Shown here piece by piece: positions 40,775 through 50,033 of a stretch of DNA of 64,000 bases. The position numbers and the translations under genes were made by a program. The first letter of the stretch is position 1. Every line of letters begins with the position of its first letter. This DNA is from Dehalococcoidia bacterium (lineage in GTDB: Bacteria > Chloroflexota > Dehalococcoidia > GIF9 > UBA5629): NCBI GenBank assembly GCA_034435835.1, contig DAOTWF010000017.1, positions 145,113-209,112 on the forward strand, read 5' to 3'. Under the pieces are notes generated by a model. The model saw only the letters and a list, made by a program, of their open reading frames with translations. It ran no database searches and had not been told where the DNA came from.

Positions 40775-41610
40775 ACATCCTTGAATACCAGTTCATGCAG
40801 AATGCCGTCATCGCCGGGCTGTGCGGGGGGATTACTTGTGCTGTGGTCGGTGTCTTTGTGGTCACCATGCACCTCTCCTTCATCGGTGTGTGCATCGCCC
40901 ATGCTGCCTTCGCCGGCGCCCTTCTGGGCGTCTGGGCGGGCTTTGACCCGCTTCTGGGGGCGCTGGTTTTCAGCCTTATCGCCACCGCCGTCATCGGGCC
41001 GCTGGCGGACAGAGGGGAACTCAGCCCGGACACTTCCATAGGCATAGTCTTCTCGCTGATGCTGGGGCTGGCTTTCCTGTTTATGGGGCTAATGCCCGGG
41101 GCGAGGACGGAGGCGCTGAACCTTTTCTGGGGCAGCATCCTGACGGTTAGCCGCCGCGACCTCATCTTCTTAGGCGCGGTTGCCCTAATGATGATCGGGC
41201 TGGTGGCTGCTTTCTACAAAGAGATTATGGCGGTGGTCTGCCATAGACAGGTGGCGGTGGCGGTGGGCATACCGGCGGCGCTGGTGTTCTATGGTATACT
41301 GTTCGCCACTGGTGTCACCGTCACCGCCTCGCTGCAGAGCATTGGCGGGCTCCTGGTCTATAGCCTGATACTGAACCCGGCGGCAGCGGCTTACCAGCTT
41401 ACTTATAACCTCAAGCGCATGCTGCTCATCGCCTCCTCCTTCGGCATACTCTCCTGCTGGGCGGGATTGGCGGCATCTTATCTGTTTGACCTACCCTCGG
41501 GTGCCTCCATCGTAATAGTCTCCTCAATAATTTTTGGGCTGGCGGTTGCCTTTTCGCCCAAGAGGAAGGTGCGGCGCTGGCAGGAGAAGCCGCTCACGGC
41601 AGGGGAGTGA
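40771..41610 (+). CDS. metal ABC transporter permease (ZnuB-like, ABC-3 family)
   Basis: 279 aa. 8 TM profile typical of ABC-3 permeases. Translationally coupled to the ATPase gene. Confidence 0.88.
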   Translation: MNILEYQFMQNAVIAGLCGGITCAVVGVFVVTMHLSFIGVCIAHAAFAGALLGVWAGFDPLLGALVFSLIATAVIGPLADRGELSPDTSIGIVFSLMLGLAFLFMGLMPGARTEALNLFWGSILTVSRRDLIFLGAVALMMIGLVAAFYKEIMAVVCHRQVAVAVGIPAALVFYGILFATGVTVTASLQSIGGLLVYSLILNPAAAAYQLTYNLKRMLLIASSFGILSCWAGLAASYLFDLPSGASIVIVSSIIFGLAVAFSPKRKVRRWQEKPLTAGE

Positions 41611-42206
41611 TGTCAATGTCCATACGGGAATATTTCAACAGCAAGGCGCCTGTTTGGGACGAACTCATCGCCGAGAAGAGCACCGCCAAACTAAGTGCTC
41701 TGGCTGCCCGGCTGGGCGTTGCATCTGGCTCGTGGGTGCTCGATGTCGGCACCGGCACCGGCGTCTTTGTGCCCTACCTCCTGGAAAAGATAAACGGCGG
41801 TAAGCTGGTCTGCGTGGACATTGCTGAGGAGATGCTGAAACGGGCGCGGGCTAAGAACTTTCCCGGAAATGTAGAGTACCTGCACGGCGATATTACCCAG
41901 TTGCCCCTGTCCGACGGTATCTTTGATGCTGTGGTCTGTTATTCCAGCTTCCCGCATTTTAGGGACAAGCCCCGGGCACTTGCCGAGATGATGCGGGTAT
42001 TGAAGGAAGGCGGCAGGCTGTTCATCTGCCACAGCGCCAGTCGTGAGGAGATAAACAATATCCATCGGAGTATCCATGCTGTGCAGCATGATATCCTCCC
42101 AGATGGTGCCGAGATGTACCAGATGTTGCGGGTAGCCGGCTTTGGTGGCATCGAGGTGGAGGACGCCCCCACGGGCTATTTCGCCGCTGCGGTTAAATGC
42201 CGGTGA
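41607..42206 (+). CDS. class I SAM-dependent methyltransferase
   Basis: 199 aa. Motif I VLDVGTGTG. Methyltransf_11-like. Confidence 0.85.
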   Translation: MMSMSIREYFNSKAPVWDELIAEKSTAKLSALAARLGVASGSWVLDVGTGTGVFVPYLLEKINGGKLVCVDIAEEMLKRARAKNFPGNVEYLHGDITQLPLSDGIFDAVVCYSSFPHFRDKPRALAEMMRVLKEGGRLFICHSASREEINNIHRSIHAVQHDILPDGAEMYQMLRVAGFGGIEVEDAPTGYFAAAVKCR

Positions 42207-42315
42207 GACTTCGGAGAGGGGGATGATAGAACTGCAAACGTTAGACTTCTGCAGAGGGTTAGATTATAATCTTTACTATAGCCTCCTCCGTTTTACAAGT
42301 GTAGGGACGTAACGC

Positions 42316-43023
42316 ATGAAAAAACTGTATCGCGAAAGAAAGATTGGGGCGGTGCCTTGCAAGGTTACGGGACTGCTTGGTGGCATACTCTTGCTGCTGG
42401 GCGGCGCCATGCTGGCTTCCTGTGCTTCCCCACCTCCGCCTCCGCCATCGCCAAACCATGCACCACGGATACTCTCGCTGGCTGCTGATGAGCTTGAGGT
42501 GCCGGTGATGCAGGGCACCAGGATAGTGTGTACCGCAGTGGATGTAGAAGGCCATACCCTGAGCTACAGCTGGTCAGCCAGCGGTGGCACCATCCAGGGA
42601 GATGGCAACGAGGTAGTGTGGGTAGCTCCGGAGGCACCCGCTAAGTACACTGTGCAGGTGACCGTAAGCGATGGCAACGGCGGTCAGGCGAGCGAGTCAC
42701 TGACCCTGACCGCTTTCGCCAGAGCCAATAATCCGCCGAAGATAGTGGCTTTGACAGTAGACGGGATGCAACCGAAGGACGTTAATAGCGCCCGTAACTA
42801 TGCCACCCATATTATCAAGTGCGTTGCCGAAGACCCCGATGGGGACACGCTGCAGTATAGCTGGGTGGCGACCGGTGGTAAGCTGACCGGGCAGGGGGCT
42901 GAGGTGGGCTGGACGGCACCGGGGATGACCGACGAGTACACTGTCACGGTGGTCGTCAGCGACCGCAGAGGCGGTATAGCCAGCGGCAGCGTGCGGTTCA
43001 GCGTGCACTGCTGTGGCAAGTGA
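42316..43023 (+). CDS. lipoprotein with a polyproline linker and two PKD/Ig-like repeats
   Basis: 235 aa. Signal peptide with an LASC lipobox. PPPPPPSP linker. Internal duplication (LSYSWSASGGTIQGDGNEVVWVAP...YTVQVTVSDGNGG and LQYSWVATGGKLTGQGAEVGWTAP...YTVTVVVSDRRGG). Confidence 0.7.
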   Translation: MKKLYRERKIGAVPCKVTGLLGGILLLLGGAMLASCASPPPPPPSPNHAPRILSLAADELEVPVMQGTRIVCTAVDVEGHTLSYSWSASGGTIQGDGNEVVWVAPEAPAKYTVQVTVSDGNGGQASESLTLTAFARANNPPKIVALTVDGMQPKDVNSARNYATHIIKCVAEDPDGDTLQYSWVATGGKLTGQGAEVGWTAPGMTDEYTVTVVVSDRRGGIASGSVRFSVHCCGK

Positions 43024-43024
43024 C

Positions 43025-43774
43025 CTAGAACGACTTAGCCTTTCCCTGAGAATTCACCGGCACCAGCCTCACCTTACCCCAGACGCCCAGCCTGTCGTCT
43101 AAGATCACCACCGCCCCGATAAGTCCGGGGACTGTCTTCGCCCATTCCAGCGCTGGCTCTATGTCATCGGCGGATCTCACCCTGTTGCCCAGGGCGGTGG
43201 CGGCGGCATCGGCAAGGGCTGCTGAAGGCGCCAGGGAGATGGCGGCATCAGCCAGACCGAAGCTCAACGAATGCCCCACGGTGCCGGAGGAGGTGCAGAC
43301 CCCCAGAGGCGTTTCGCTTGGAGATATTTTTAGGGCGACCCTGCCGGTGAGCGGAGAGCTGCCGGCATAGATGCCCACCAGTCTAGGCTTTGATATCTTA
43401 AGGAATATGTCACCGCCATTCTCCACGATTACTTCTGAGGTGAAGGCAAGCAAGTCTCTACCCACCGCCTCGGCGATGGCACCAGCCACTGCCGCCATGG
43501 GACCCACCACTGCTTTTTCGGCGGCTATCGCCATTTCTTTCACTATGGGTGGTGCTGTCTCGTCCACGGCGATGGGCTCCAGAGTGTGGAGAAAATCTGG
43601 GTGGCTGGATATGTATTCCTCGAGGGATGTGCGGTGTCTTAGCACTGACGCCAGCGCCTCAGCCTCGAGATGGCGGCGGGTGCGAATGTAAAGGTCGGTC
43701 TCCTTAACGGTCACGGTGAAGGCGATGAGGCTGGTGTCTTTAACCCAGTGGCGGTAGGTCCTCGGCTGGTACAT
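43025..43774 (-). CDS. UPF0280/ApbE-like family protein
   Basis: 249 aa. Begins MYQPRTYRHWVK. Gly/Ala-rich core. Family assignment is from memory and tentative. Confidence 0.5.
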   Translation of the reverse strand: MYQPRTYRHWVKDTSLIAFTVTVKETDLYIRTRRHLEAEALASVLRHRTSLEEYISSHPDFLHTLEPIAVDETAPPIVKEMAIAAEKAVVGPMAAVAGAIAEAVGRDLLAFTSEVIVENGGDIFLKISKPRLVGIYAGSSPLTGRVALKISPSETPLGVCTSSGTVGHSLSFGLADAAISLAPSAALADAAATALGNRVRSADDIEPALEWAKTVPGLIGAVVILDDRLGVWGKVRLVPVNSQGKAKSF

Positions 43775-44185
43775 TCAGAAGTAGAGCTCCATGGCACGCG
43801 GCGGGCAGGCTTTGATGCACAGTTCGCAGACGACGCATTTGGAGTTGTCGAAGATTACCTTTCTCGTCCCCGGCTCCAGTGAGAAGGCACCGCTGGGGCA
43901 GAGGGTGATGCAAGCGCCGCAGTGGGTGCACCTAACTTCGTTGCGCACTACGTCTTGGCTTAACGATTGTATTTTCACTCCGACGTCGGTAAGGTATTTC
44001 ACCCCCTTGTCGTAGTTCCGCTGCTCGCCTGTGAGCTCCATTACCAGCAGCCCCTCCTCGCCTGGGGTTACCGATGCCTTGAGTATGTTGAACTCCAGGT
44101 CGAAGTCCTTCACCAGCCTGTAGACTATTGGCTGACTGGTGAGGCGTTTGGGGAAGTGGAGTACTATCCTTTTAGAGACGACCAT
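43775..44185 (-). CDS. NIL-domain ferredoxin (2x[4Fe-4S]), homocysteine-biosynthesis-associated
   Basis: 136 aa. N-terminal NIL domain. CTHCGACITLCP and CVVCELCIKACP cluster motifs. Adjacent to the COG1900 gene. Confidence 0.85.
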   Translation of the reverse strand: MVVSKRIVLHFPKRLTSQPIVYRLVKDFDLEFNILKASVTPGEEGLLVMELTGEQRNYDKGVKYLTDVGVKIQSLSQDVVRNEVRCTHCGACITLCPSGAFSLEPGTRKVIFDNSKCVVCELCIKACPPRAMELYF

Positions 44186-44194
44186 ATTTTTTCC

Positions 44195-45403
44195 TTATTC
44201 CAGTATGGGGCGTTCCTCCAGCGGCTTGATGGTGATGCCCGATTCGGCGCCGGGAAGCGGCGCCACCGGTTCGGTGAGCAGGAATTCACCCCTCTTGATC
44301 CACTCCTTGAGTATATTGGCTATCTCCACCGCCTTCGGGTAGCTGGAGAGCGAGGCGGTGGGCACCTCTTCGCCCTGTACTTTGATGACGCCGCTCTTGA
44401 GCTCGGCGTAGCTGACCTCCCCCAGGACATCGGGTTTTCTCTGGGGATAAGCCTCGCTATAGTCCACCACCGGGGCGATTATATCGGCATCGGTCACCAG
44501 GGTATACTTCAGTATTTCCTCGGAGAGTATCGGTATGGGGACACCGATGCCCACAGTGATGGTGCAGCCGTAGCCGAGGAAGCTGGTGCCCACGAGCCAC
44601 TGCGGGCTCATCTGCTTCAAATCACCGATCACCGCCATCGTGCCTGCGGGCCTTCTGGGCACACCATTTTCAGTGCGTGGCACGCCCGGGTTGTGCTGCG
44701 TGCCGTGCCAGGCGACATAGCCGATGCCGCCGCCGAGGAAGATGCGCGTGCCGATGCCTATGGTCCTGTAGTACGGGTCGTTGAGCAAGGGCGAGAGCTG
44801 CCCAGAGGAGGAATAGTTGGCGTTGCCCAGGTTTGGCTTGAGCACACCCATGTAGGTGTAAAGGACGCGGTTGCCGAGGTTTACCGCCACATTGTAGTTC
44901 TGGTAGGCGTTCCTGACGTTGAACAGCACCGCCTCGTTGATGTCCTTTATGTTTATCAGCGTCTCCAGTTTTCTCTTGGGATAGCAGTCCGTGCCGTAGG
45001 CGGTGGCTATCAGTCTGATGTCCTTACCTGCTACCAGCTCCTCGATGACGTGCCCGCCGCCGTAGCGGAACTCGCCGGGATAGATGCGGTTCTTGGGGTC
45101 ATCTTCGGGCAGGGCAGTGGCGCCGAGGAATATGTCCATCGCCGCCAGCCCGGTATAAGCGGGGACATCGTTAAGGTACACCTTCCCGCCGCCCAGCTTT
45201 ATCCTGGGCTTGGTGTGGCCCAGGTTGAGGAAAACGCCGGATGAGCACATGGGACCGAAGGTGCCGGTGGTGACCACGTCCACCTCCCTGGCGGTCTGGC
45301 TGATGCCTTTTTTCCTGGCGATCTCGATGATCTCCTCCGCGGTGACCACCACCGCCTGCCCCTTCCTGATCTTCTCGTTTATCTCGGCTATCGTCTTTGC
45401 CAT
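44195..45403 (-). CDS. COG1900/DUF39 homocysteine biosynthesis protein (methanogen MA1821-type sulfur-incorporation enzyme)
   Basis: 402 aa. Conserved COG1900 blocks (VVTTGTFGPMCSSG, LGGGIGYVAWHG). Stop overlaps the thi4 start codon. Confidence 0.85.
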   Translation of the reverse strand: MAKTIAEINEKIRKGQAVVVTAEEIIEIARKKGISQTAREVDVVTTGTFGPMCSSGVFLNLGHTKPRIKLGGGKVYLNDVPAYTGLAAMDIFLGATALPEDDPKNRIYPGEFRYGGGHVIEELVAGKDIRLIATAYGTDCYPKRKLETLINIKDINEAVLFNVRNAYQNYNVAVNLGNRVLYTYMGVLKPNLGNANYSSSGQLSPLLNDPYYRTIGIGTRIFLGGGIGYVAWHGTQHNPGVPRTENGVPRRPAGTMAVIGDLKQMSPQWLVGTSFLGYGCTITVGIGVPIPILSEEILKYTLVTDADIIAPVVDYSEAYPQRKPDVLGEVSYAELKSGVIKVQGEEVPTASLSSYPKAVEIANILKEWIKRGEFLLTEPVAPLPGAESGITIKPLEERPILE

Positions 45404-46170
45404 TAATTCCTTCCCTTTAGCCCCTCGAGGGCTAGCTCGGCGGCTTTTCTGCCCGAGAGCAGCATACCGCCGAATATGGCTCCCATGCGCGGCGCCCCGA
45501 AAACGGCGTTGGCTGCCATGCCGGCGACTATCAGCCCGGGGCAGACCTCCCTGGTGTTCTCCACGATCGTCCTTTCGCCGACCTCAGCCCACATCGATTT
45601 TTCTCCCTTAACCTCCAAGCCGACGCCGGTCTTTCTGGCGACTATACGGCAGAGCTCGGCATCGTGCCCAGTGGCGTCGATGACCACCTTTGCCCTGACA
45701 CCCAGCGGGTCAACGTGCAGGTTCGCCAGCGAGACTGCACTCCAGTTTAGCACCAGTCCCACTATCCTGTCATCCTCCCGTACCATTACATCCTCGATGC
45801 TGATAAGGTTGAATACCTTTACACCGGATTTTATCGTCTGCGAACACATGGTTGCCACCGCCTCAACGGCGTCGGCGACGTAGTAGCCTGGCTGGTACTC
45901 ATTGCTCCTGATGCCGAACTCATCCAGTATACCCTTAGCCTCGCTCTGCACCACGATGTGGTTGAACATCATACCCCCGCCCCACATGCCCCCGCCGACG
46001 CTCAACCTTCGTTCAAAGATGACCGCCTTTGCCCCAGCCTTCGCCAGATAATAACCGGCGGTCATCCCCGAGGGACCGGCGCCGGCTATAGCCACATCCA
46101 CCTCAGTGGCGGCGAGGAGTTCCTTGAAATAGCTCTCCACTATAGCCTTTGATATCGTCACCTCGTCCAT
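45403..46170 (-). CDS. thi4: thiamine thiazole synthase, Thi4 family (archaeal/sulfide-dependent type)
   Basis: 255 aa. FAD motif [12 protein letters not shown]. Active-site region [11 protein letters not shown] with no Cys at the position of the yeast suicide cysteine. Confidence 0.9.
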   Translation of the reverse strand: MDEVTISKAIVESYFKELLAATEVDVAIAGAGPSGMTAGYYLAKAGAKAVIFERRLSVGGGMWGGGMMFNHIVVQSEAKGILDEFGIRSNEYQPGYYVADAVEAVATMCSQTIKSGVKVFNLISIEDVMVREDDRIVGLVLNWSAVSLANLHVDPLGVRAKVVIDATGHDAELCRIVARKTGVGLEVKGEKSMWAEVGERTIVENTREVCPGLIVAGMAANAVFGAPRMGAIFGGMLLSGRKAAELALEGLKGRN

Positions 46171-46218
46171 GTGATTCCTCCTGTACTCCGCGCTATGCCC
46201 GATGCGCTGCTGTGGTGT

Positions 46219-47475
46219 CTAGGTTCCCTTCCCCAGCACCGCCCTCAGCTCGACGGGAGTGAGGCTTTGCTGTTCGCCGCTGACCATGTTGCGCAGTGTC
46301 AGTTTGCGGTTTTCCATCTCCTCCTCTCCGATGATGATGGCGTAGCCTGTGCCCAGGCTGTCTGCTTGGCGCAACTGTGCCTTCAGGCTGCGGTCGCCGG
46401 TTGCCATCACCGCACTGATACCCTGTGTCCGCAGGCTGGCGGCGAGCTTCACTGCCTCCGCCTTTGCCTTGTTGCCCAGGTGGGCGATGAACACGCAAGG
46501 CGAGGGTAATGGCGGCACCGGGATGCCCTGCTTTTTCAGGTTGAGCACTACCCTGTCCATACCCGCCGCAAAGCCCACCGCCGGAGTCGGCTTGCCGCCG
46601 AGCTGCTCGATAAGGTCATCGTACCTGCCGCCGCCTCCCAGCGCGCTCAGGGCACCCCCATTAAGTGGCTGGACCTCGAACACCGTCCTGGTGTAGTAGT
46701 CCAGTCCCCGCACCAGCCGGTGGTTGAGGCTGAAGGACAGGGTCAGGCTTCTCAGGTATTCAGTCACCGCTGTGAAGTGTGCCCGGCAGTCGGCACAGAG
46801 AAAGTCCGTGCTCCAAGGGGAGCTATCGGCTATGTGCTGGCACTCCGGACGTTTGCAGTCCAGCAAACGCAGCGGGTTTTTCTCCAGCCTTGTCTCGCAG
46901 TCGGGACAGAGGTCGGCTGCCCTCCTCTGGTAATAGCCCTTAAGCGCCCTGACATAGTCGGGGCGGCAGACCTTACAGCCGATGCTGTTTAGCTGCACGG
47001 TTATCTCCTTGAGCCCCAAGGAGGTAAAGAACTGGCATGCTAGGTGGATGACCTCGCTATCGAGGGCGGGGTCGGCATCGCCGATGGCTTCGCAGCCGAA
47101 CTGGTGGTGCTGACGGTAGCGCCCTGCCTGGGGGCGTTCGTAGCGGAATGCGGAGGCTAGGTAGTATAGCTTTACCGGCTGGGGCAGGTTGTCCATGCCG
47201 TGTTCGATGTAGGCACGGCACACCGGGGCTGTCCCCTCGGGTCTGAGCGCCAGCGCCTTGCCGCTGCGGTCTTTGAAAATGTACATCTCCTTGGTGACGA
47301 TGTCGGTGCCCTCGCCGATGCTGCGGGTGAAAAGAGCAGCCTCCTCGAACACCGGCGTGTCCAGGCGCTGGTAACCGTAGAGCTGGCATACCTCGGCGGC
47401 TTTAGCCTCGACATACCTCCAGTATGCCTGCTCTTCAGGGAGGATGTCCACTGTGCCCCTTGGCGCCTTATACAA
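46219..47475 (-). CDS. hisS: histidine--tRNA ligase
   Basis: 418 aa. Class II motifs (FRYERPQAGRYRQHHQ, GGGRYD). C-terminal anticodon-binding domain. Confidence 0.93.
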   Translation of the reverse strand: MYKAPRGTVDILPEEQAYWRYVEAKAAEVCQLYGYQRLDTPVFEEAALFTRSIGEGTDIVTKEMYIFKDRSGKALALRPEGTAPVCRAYIEHGMDNLPQPVKLYYLASAFRYERPQAGRYRQHHQFGCEAIGDADPALDSEVIHLACQFFTSLGLKEITVQLNSIGCKVCRPDYVRALKGYYQRRAADLCPDCETRLEKNPLRLLDCKRPECQHIADSSPWSTDFLCADCRAHFTAVTEYLRSLTLSFSLNHRLVRGLDYYTRTVFEVQPLNGGALSALGGGGRYDDLIEQLGGKPTPAVGFAAGMDRVVLNLKKQGIPVPPLPSPCVFIAHLGNKAKAEAVKLAASLRTQGISAVMATGDRSLKAQLRQADSLGTGYAIIIGEEEMENRKLTLRNMVSGEQQSLTPVELRAVLGKGT

Positions 47476-47545
47476 AATGCACCTCCGATTGAGGTTACAT
47501 TATATCAGATAGGGCGAGGTGGCACACGGTCACATGCATCCGCTG

Positions 47546-48304
47546 CTACCAGAGCCCGGGGATGAGCGCCTTGCGCTTTCTGGGATAGTCGGGAAAATGC
47601 TGCAAGTACCAGAGGTGGTGTGCCCGTGCTCTGGGTGCCAGGTTGGCAATTGTCCACACGGCGAATGCCAGACCGGGCAACGACCAGGTGGCTATTGCCC
47701 AGCCCACCCAGGTGAGGATCTCGCCGAAATAGTTGGGGCAGGATATCCAGTGGTACATCCCGCCGAAGGGTATCTGATATTCGGACTCGTTCCCCTGTCT
47801 CAGGTGACGCAGTACCTCATCGGCGTTGCGGTTGATGATAAAACCGGCGATGAACGCCAAGACGCCGAGGAAGAAGCGGTAATCGCTGAGCCACCCGGCG
47901 GCATAGGAGGCGAAGGTGAACAGATAGCGTCCGTTCAGGTAGGCATTGCCCAGGTTGAACACGAAGCCGAAGAGGACTACGGTGAGTGGCATCTTTCTTT
48001 CCCTGTTTTGCAGGCTGAGGGGATAGATAAACGCCCGGTGGATATAATGTGCCTCCCAGAGGAGCAGGAAGACGAGGGCGGTGAGGCTGCTCCTGTTTCC
48101 CCCTGCGAGATAGAGGGCGGCGAAAGCCAGCGGCGCCGGCGCCTCCATGAGCAGCCAGCCGGTGCGGTTGGTGAACGCCGGTCCCCAGCCACGGCGGATG
48201 TGCCTGCCGTAAGGTGCGGGGATAAAGAACAGGGTGATGAACACCACTGCTGCCATCACGAACCAGGCTATCAGCAGATAGTTAAAGAATGCGGCTTCGG
48301 TCAT
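47546..48304 (-). CDS. 3-oxo-5-alpha-steroid 4-dehydrogenase / steroid 5-alpha-reductase family (DUF1295) membrane protein
   Basis: 252 aa. Polytopic. C-terminal family signature (GGMYHWISCPNYFGEIL). Confidence 0.78.
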   Translation of the reverse strand: MTEAAFFNYLLIAWFVMAAVVFITLFFIPAPYGRHIRRGWGPAFTNRTGWLLMEAPAPLAFAALYLAGGNRSSLTALVFLLLWEAHYIHRAFIYPLSLQNRERKMPLTVVLFGFVFNLGNAYLNGRYLFTFASYAAGWLSDYRFFLGVLAFIAGFIINRNADEVLRHLRQGNESEYQIPFGGMYHWISCPNYFGEILTWVGWAIATWSLPGLAFAVWTIANLAPRARAHHLWYLQHFPDYPRKRKALIPGLW

Positions 48305-49305
48305 TGTTTCTCATTTCGCTGCGGCTGGAGGCTGAGCATGCCTGCTTGGTCAAACCACTTGAGTGTGTCCTCCAGCGTCTGTCTGAACGGTCGCGGCTGG
48401 TAGCCGAGCTCCCGACTGGCTTTCGCATGGCTGACATTCCGATGGTACTGGAGCGACCTAACGGACATGGCGGTATAGAGCGGCTGCCTGCCGCTGAGGC
48501 GGTCAAAGGCGGAAATAAATGGGGCGCCGCAGAGGGCAAGCCATGGAGGACAGGTGAAGCCTGGAGCGGGAACGCCGGTTATCTCCGCCACCAGGGCGGC
48601 AACCCCGGGCACGGATACCCAGTGCCCGGAGAGCAAATATTTGCTGCCTTCTGGTGCTTTTTCTTCGGCTGTTATTGTTCCCTCGACCACGTCTCTGGCA
48701 TCCACCCAGTTAAAACCGCCTGTAATCAGTGCGGGGAGTCTTCCCTGTGCCATATAGATGAGTGCCCGACCGAAGTGGGAGGGGCGGTAGTCATAGGGAC
48801 CGATGACCCCGGTGGGGCTGATGATTATGGCGTTCAAGCCCTTCTCCATGCCTTTGAGCACCTCCCGTTCTCCGGCGGCTTTGGTGCGGTCGTAGGGTGG
48901 GGCGTAGGGAGAGTCCGCCAGGCTACAGGTCTCGTCAACTGCGCCGTCTGGTATGTCTTTAATGGCGTGGATGGAGCTGAAGTGGACGAGGCGGCGCACG
49001 CCTGTGCGCAGGCAAGCCTCGACCACATTTCTCACCCCCTCGATATTCACCGCTTCCATCAGCGGTCGATCACCGGGAAGAAGGGAGATGTGGCCGGCGA
49101 GGTGGTACACCACCTCGCTACCGTCGAACGCTCTCAGCAAAGAATCGGGATCGAGCACATCCCCGTGAACTGCCTCCACGTCCAGCCCCTCTATCCCCAG
49201 GCGGGTGTTATGGATTAAAACGCGCACCCTGCGGCCTTTAGCCAGGAGGGCACGCACCAAGTTGCAGCCGAGGTGCCCGGTGGCGCCGGTGACCAGGACG
49301 CTCAT
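48301..49305 (-). CDS. NAD-dependent epimerase/dehydratase, extended SDR (3-beta-HSD/dihydroflavonol-reductase-like)
   Basis: 334 aa. Rossmann motif VLVTGATGHLG. Catalytic YxxxK (YDRTK). Overlaps the reductase-family gene by 4 nt. Confidence 0.85.
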   Translation of the reverse strand: MSVLVTGATGHLGCNLVRALLAKGRRVRVLIHNTRLGIEGLDVEAVHGDVLDPDSLLRAFDGSEVVYHLAGHISLLPGDRPLMEAVNIEGVRNVVEACLRTGVRRLVHFSSIHAIKDIPDGAVDETCSLADSPYAPPYDRTKAAGEREVLKGMEKGLNAIIISPTGVIGPYDYRPSHFGRALIYMAQGRLPALITGGFNWVDARDVVEGTITAEEKAPEGSKYLLSGHWVSVPGVAALVAEITGVPAPGFTCPPWLALCGAPFISAFDRLSGRQPLYTAMSVRSLQYHRNVSHAKASRELGYQPRPFRQTLEDTLKWFDQAGMLSLQPQRNEKQ

Positions 49306-49604
49306 ATGGCGAAAATTATACCACAGTCCTGAAAGCTTTCGGCTTGGTGGGGATGGGTCTAACCCTTATAGCTCTTCCACTGCACACGCAGTCAAGATTA
49401 TCAACAAGCCAAGTAATACGACCGAGTTAGTACGCCCCGTCATTATTCTCCTACTGTTGTACCAAGCTTCATTCACGCATATTAAACGTGGAAATCGGGG
49501 CAAAGTTAGTTGCCGAGTGCGGGACAAAAAACCGGCTGGACAGACCATCGAAATAGCATGGATATCGGTGTTATAATGGGGTGCCGGCTAAGGAGGTGAG
49601 ACCG

Positions 49605-50033
49605 ATGAGCAGTACGCACCCATTCAAGGTGAAATCGATCGACCATATCAGCTATGCGGTTAAGGACATCGATAAGACCGTAGAGGCGTGGTCCAGGCTG
49701 TATGGCTTGGGACCATGGACATATGCCGAGAACGGCGGCGTTGATGTCAAGGGAAGGCCGTGGAAGGTCAGGATGGCGTTCACCTATGTGGGACCGATGC
49801 AGGTCGAGCTTGTCCAGTGTACAGAGGGGCGGATATTCCAGTCGCGCTTTCTGGACACCTGGGGGGAGGGTGTGCACCACATTGGCTTTTACGTCGACGA
49901 CGTGGATGCCGAAGTACAAAACTTAGTGGCTCAGGGAGCTAGACTGCTCATCCATGACCCAGGGAGGTTCGCCTATCTGGATGCCGGTGGCGTCGGCGGC
50001 GCCATATTCGAGCTGATGCGTAAGCCGGGTTAG
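49605..50033 (+). CDS. VOC-family protein, methylmalonyl-CoA epimerase-like
   Basis: ATG after AAGGAGG. IDHISYAV and HHIGFYV metal-binding motifs of the glyoxalase/MCE fold. Confidence 0.78.
   Translation: MSSTHPFKVKSIDHISYAVKDIDKTVEAWSRLYGLGPWTYAENGGVDVKGRPWKVRMAFTYVGPMQVELVQCTEGRIFQSRFLDTWGEGVHHIGFYVDDVDAEVQNLVAQGARLLIHDPGRFAYLDAGGVGGAIFELMRKPG

Noticed and set aside
43967-45244. 425-aa plus-strand ORF opposite the NIL-ferredoxin/COG1900 genes
   Set aside because: Antisense shadow ORF. The minus-strand genes carry clear conserved motifs and this frame has none.
46171-46218. Looked for a TPP riboswitch upstream of thi4
   Set aside because: Only a 48-nt gap separates it from hisS, and no CUGAGA/ACCUGAUCUGGAUAAUGC-like TPP aptamer elements are present. 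thi4 is probably co-transcribed with hisS or regulated differently.
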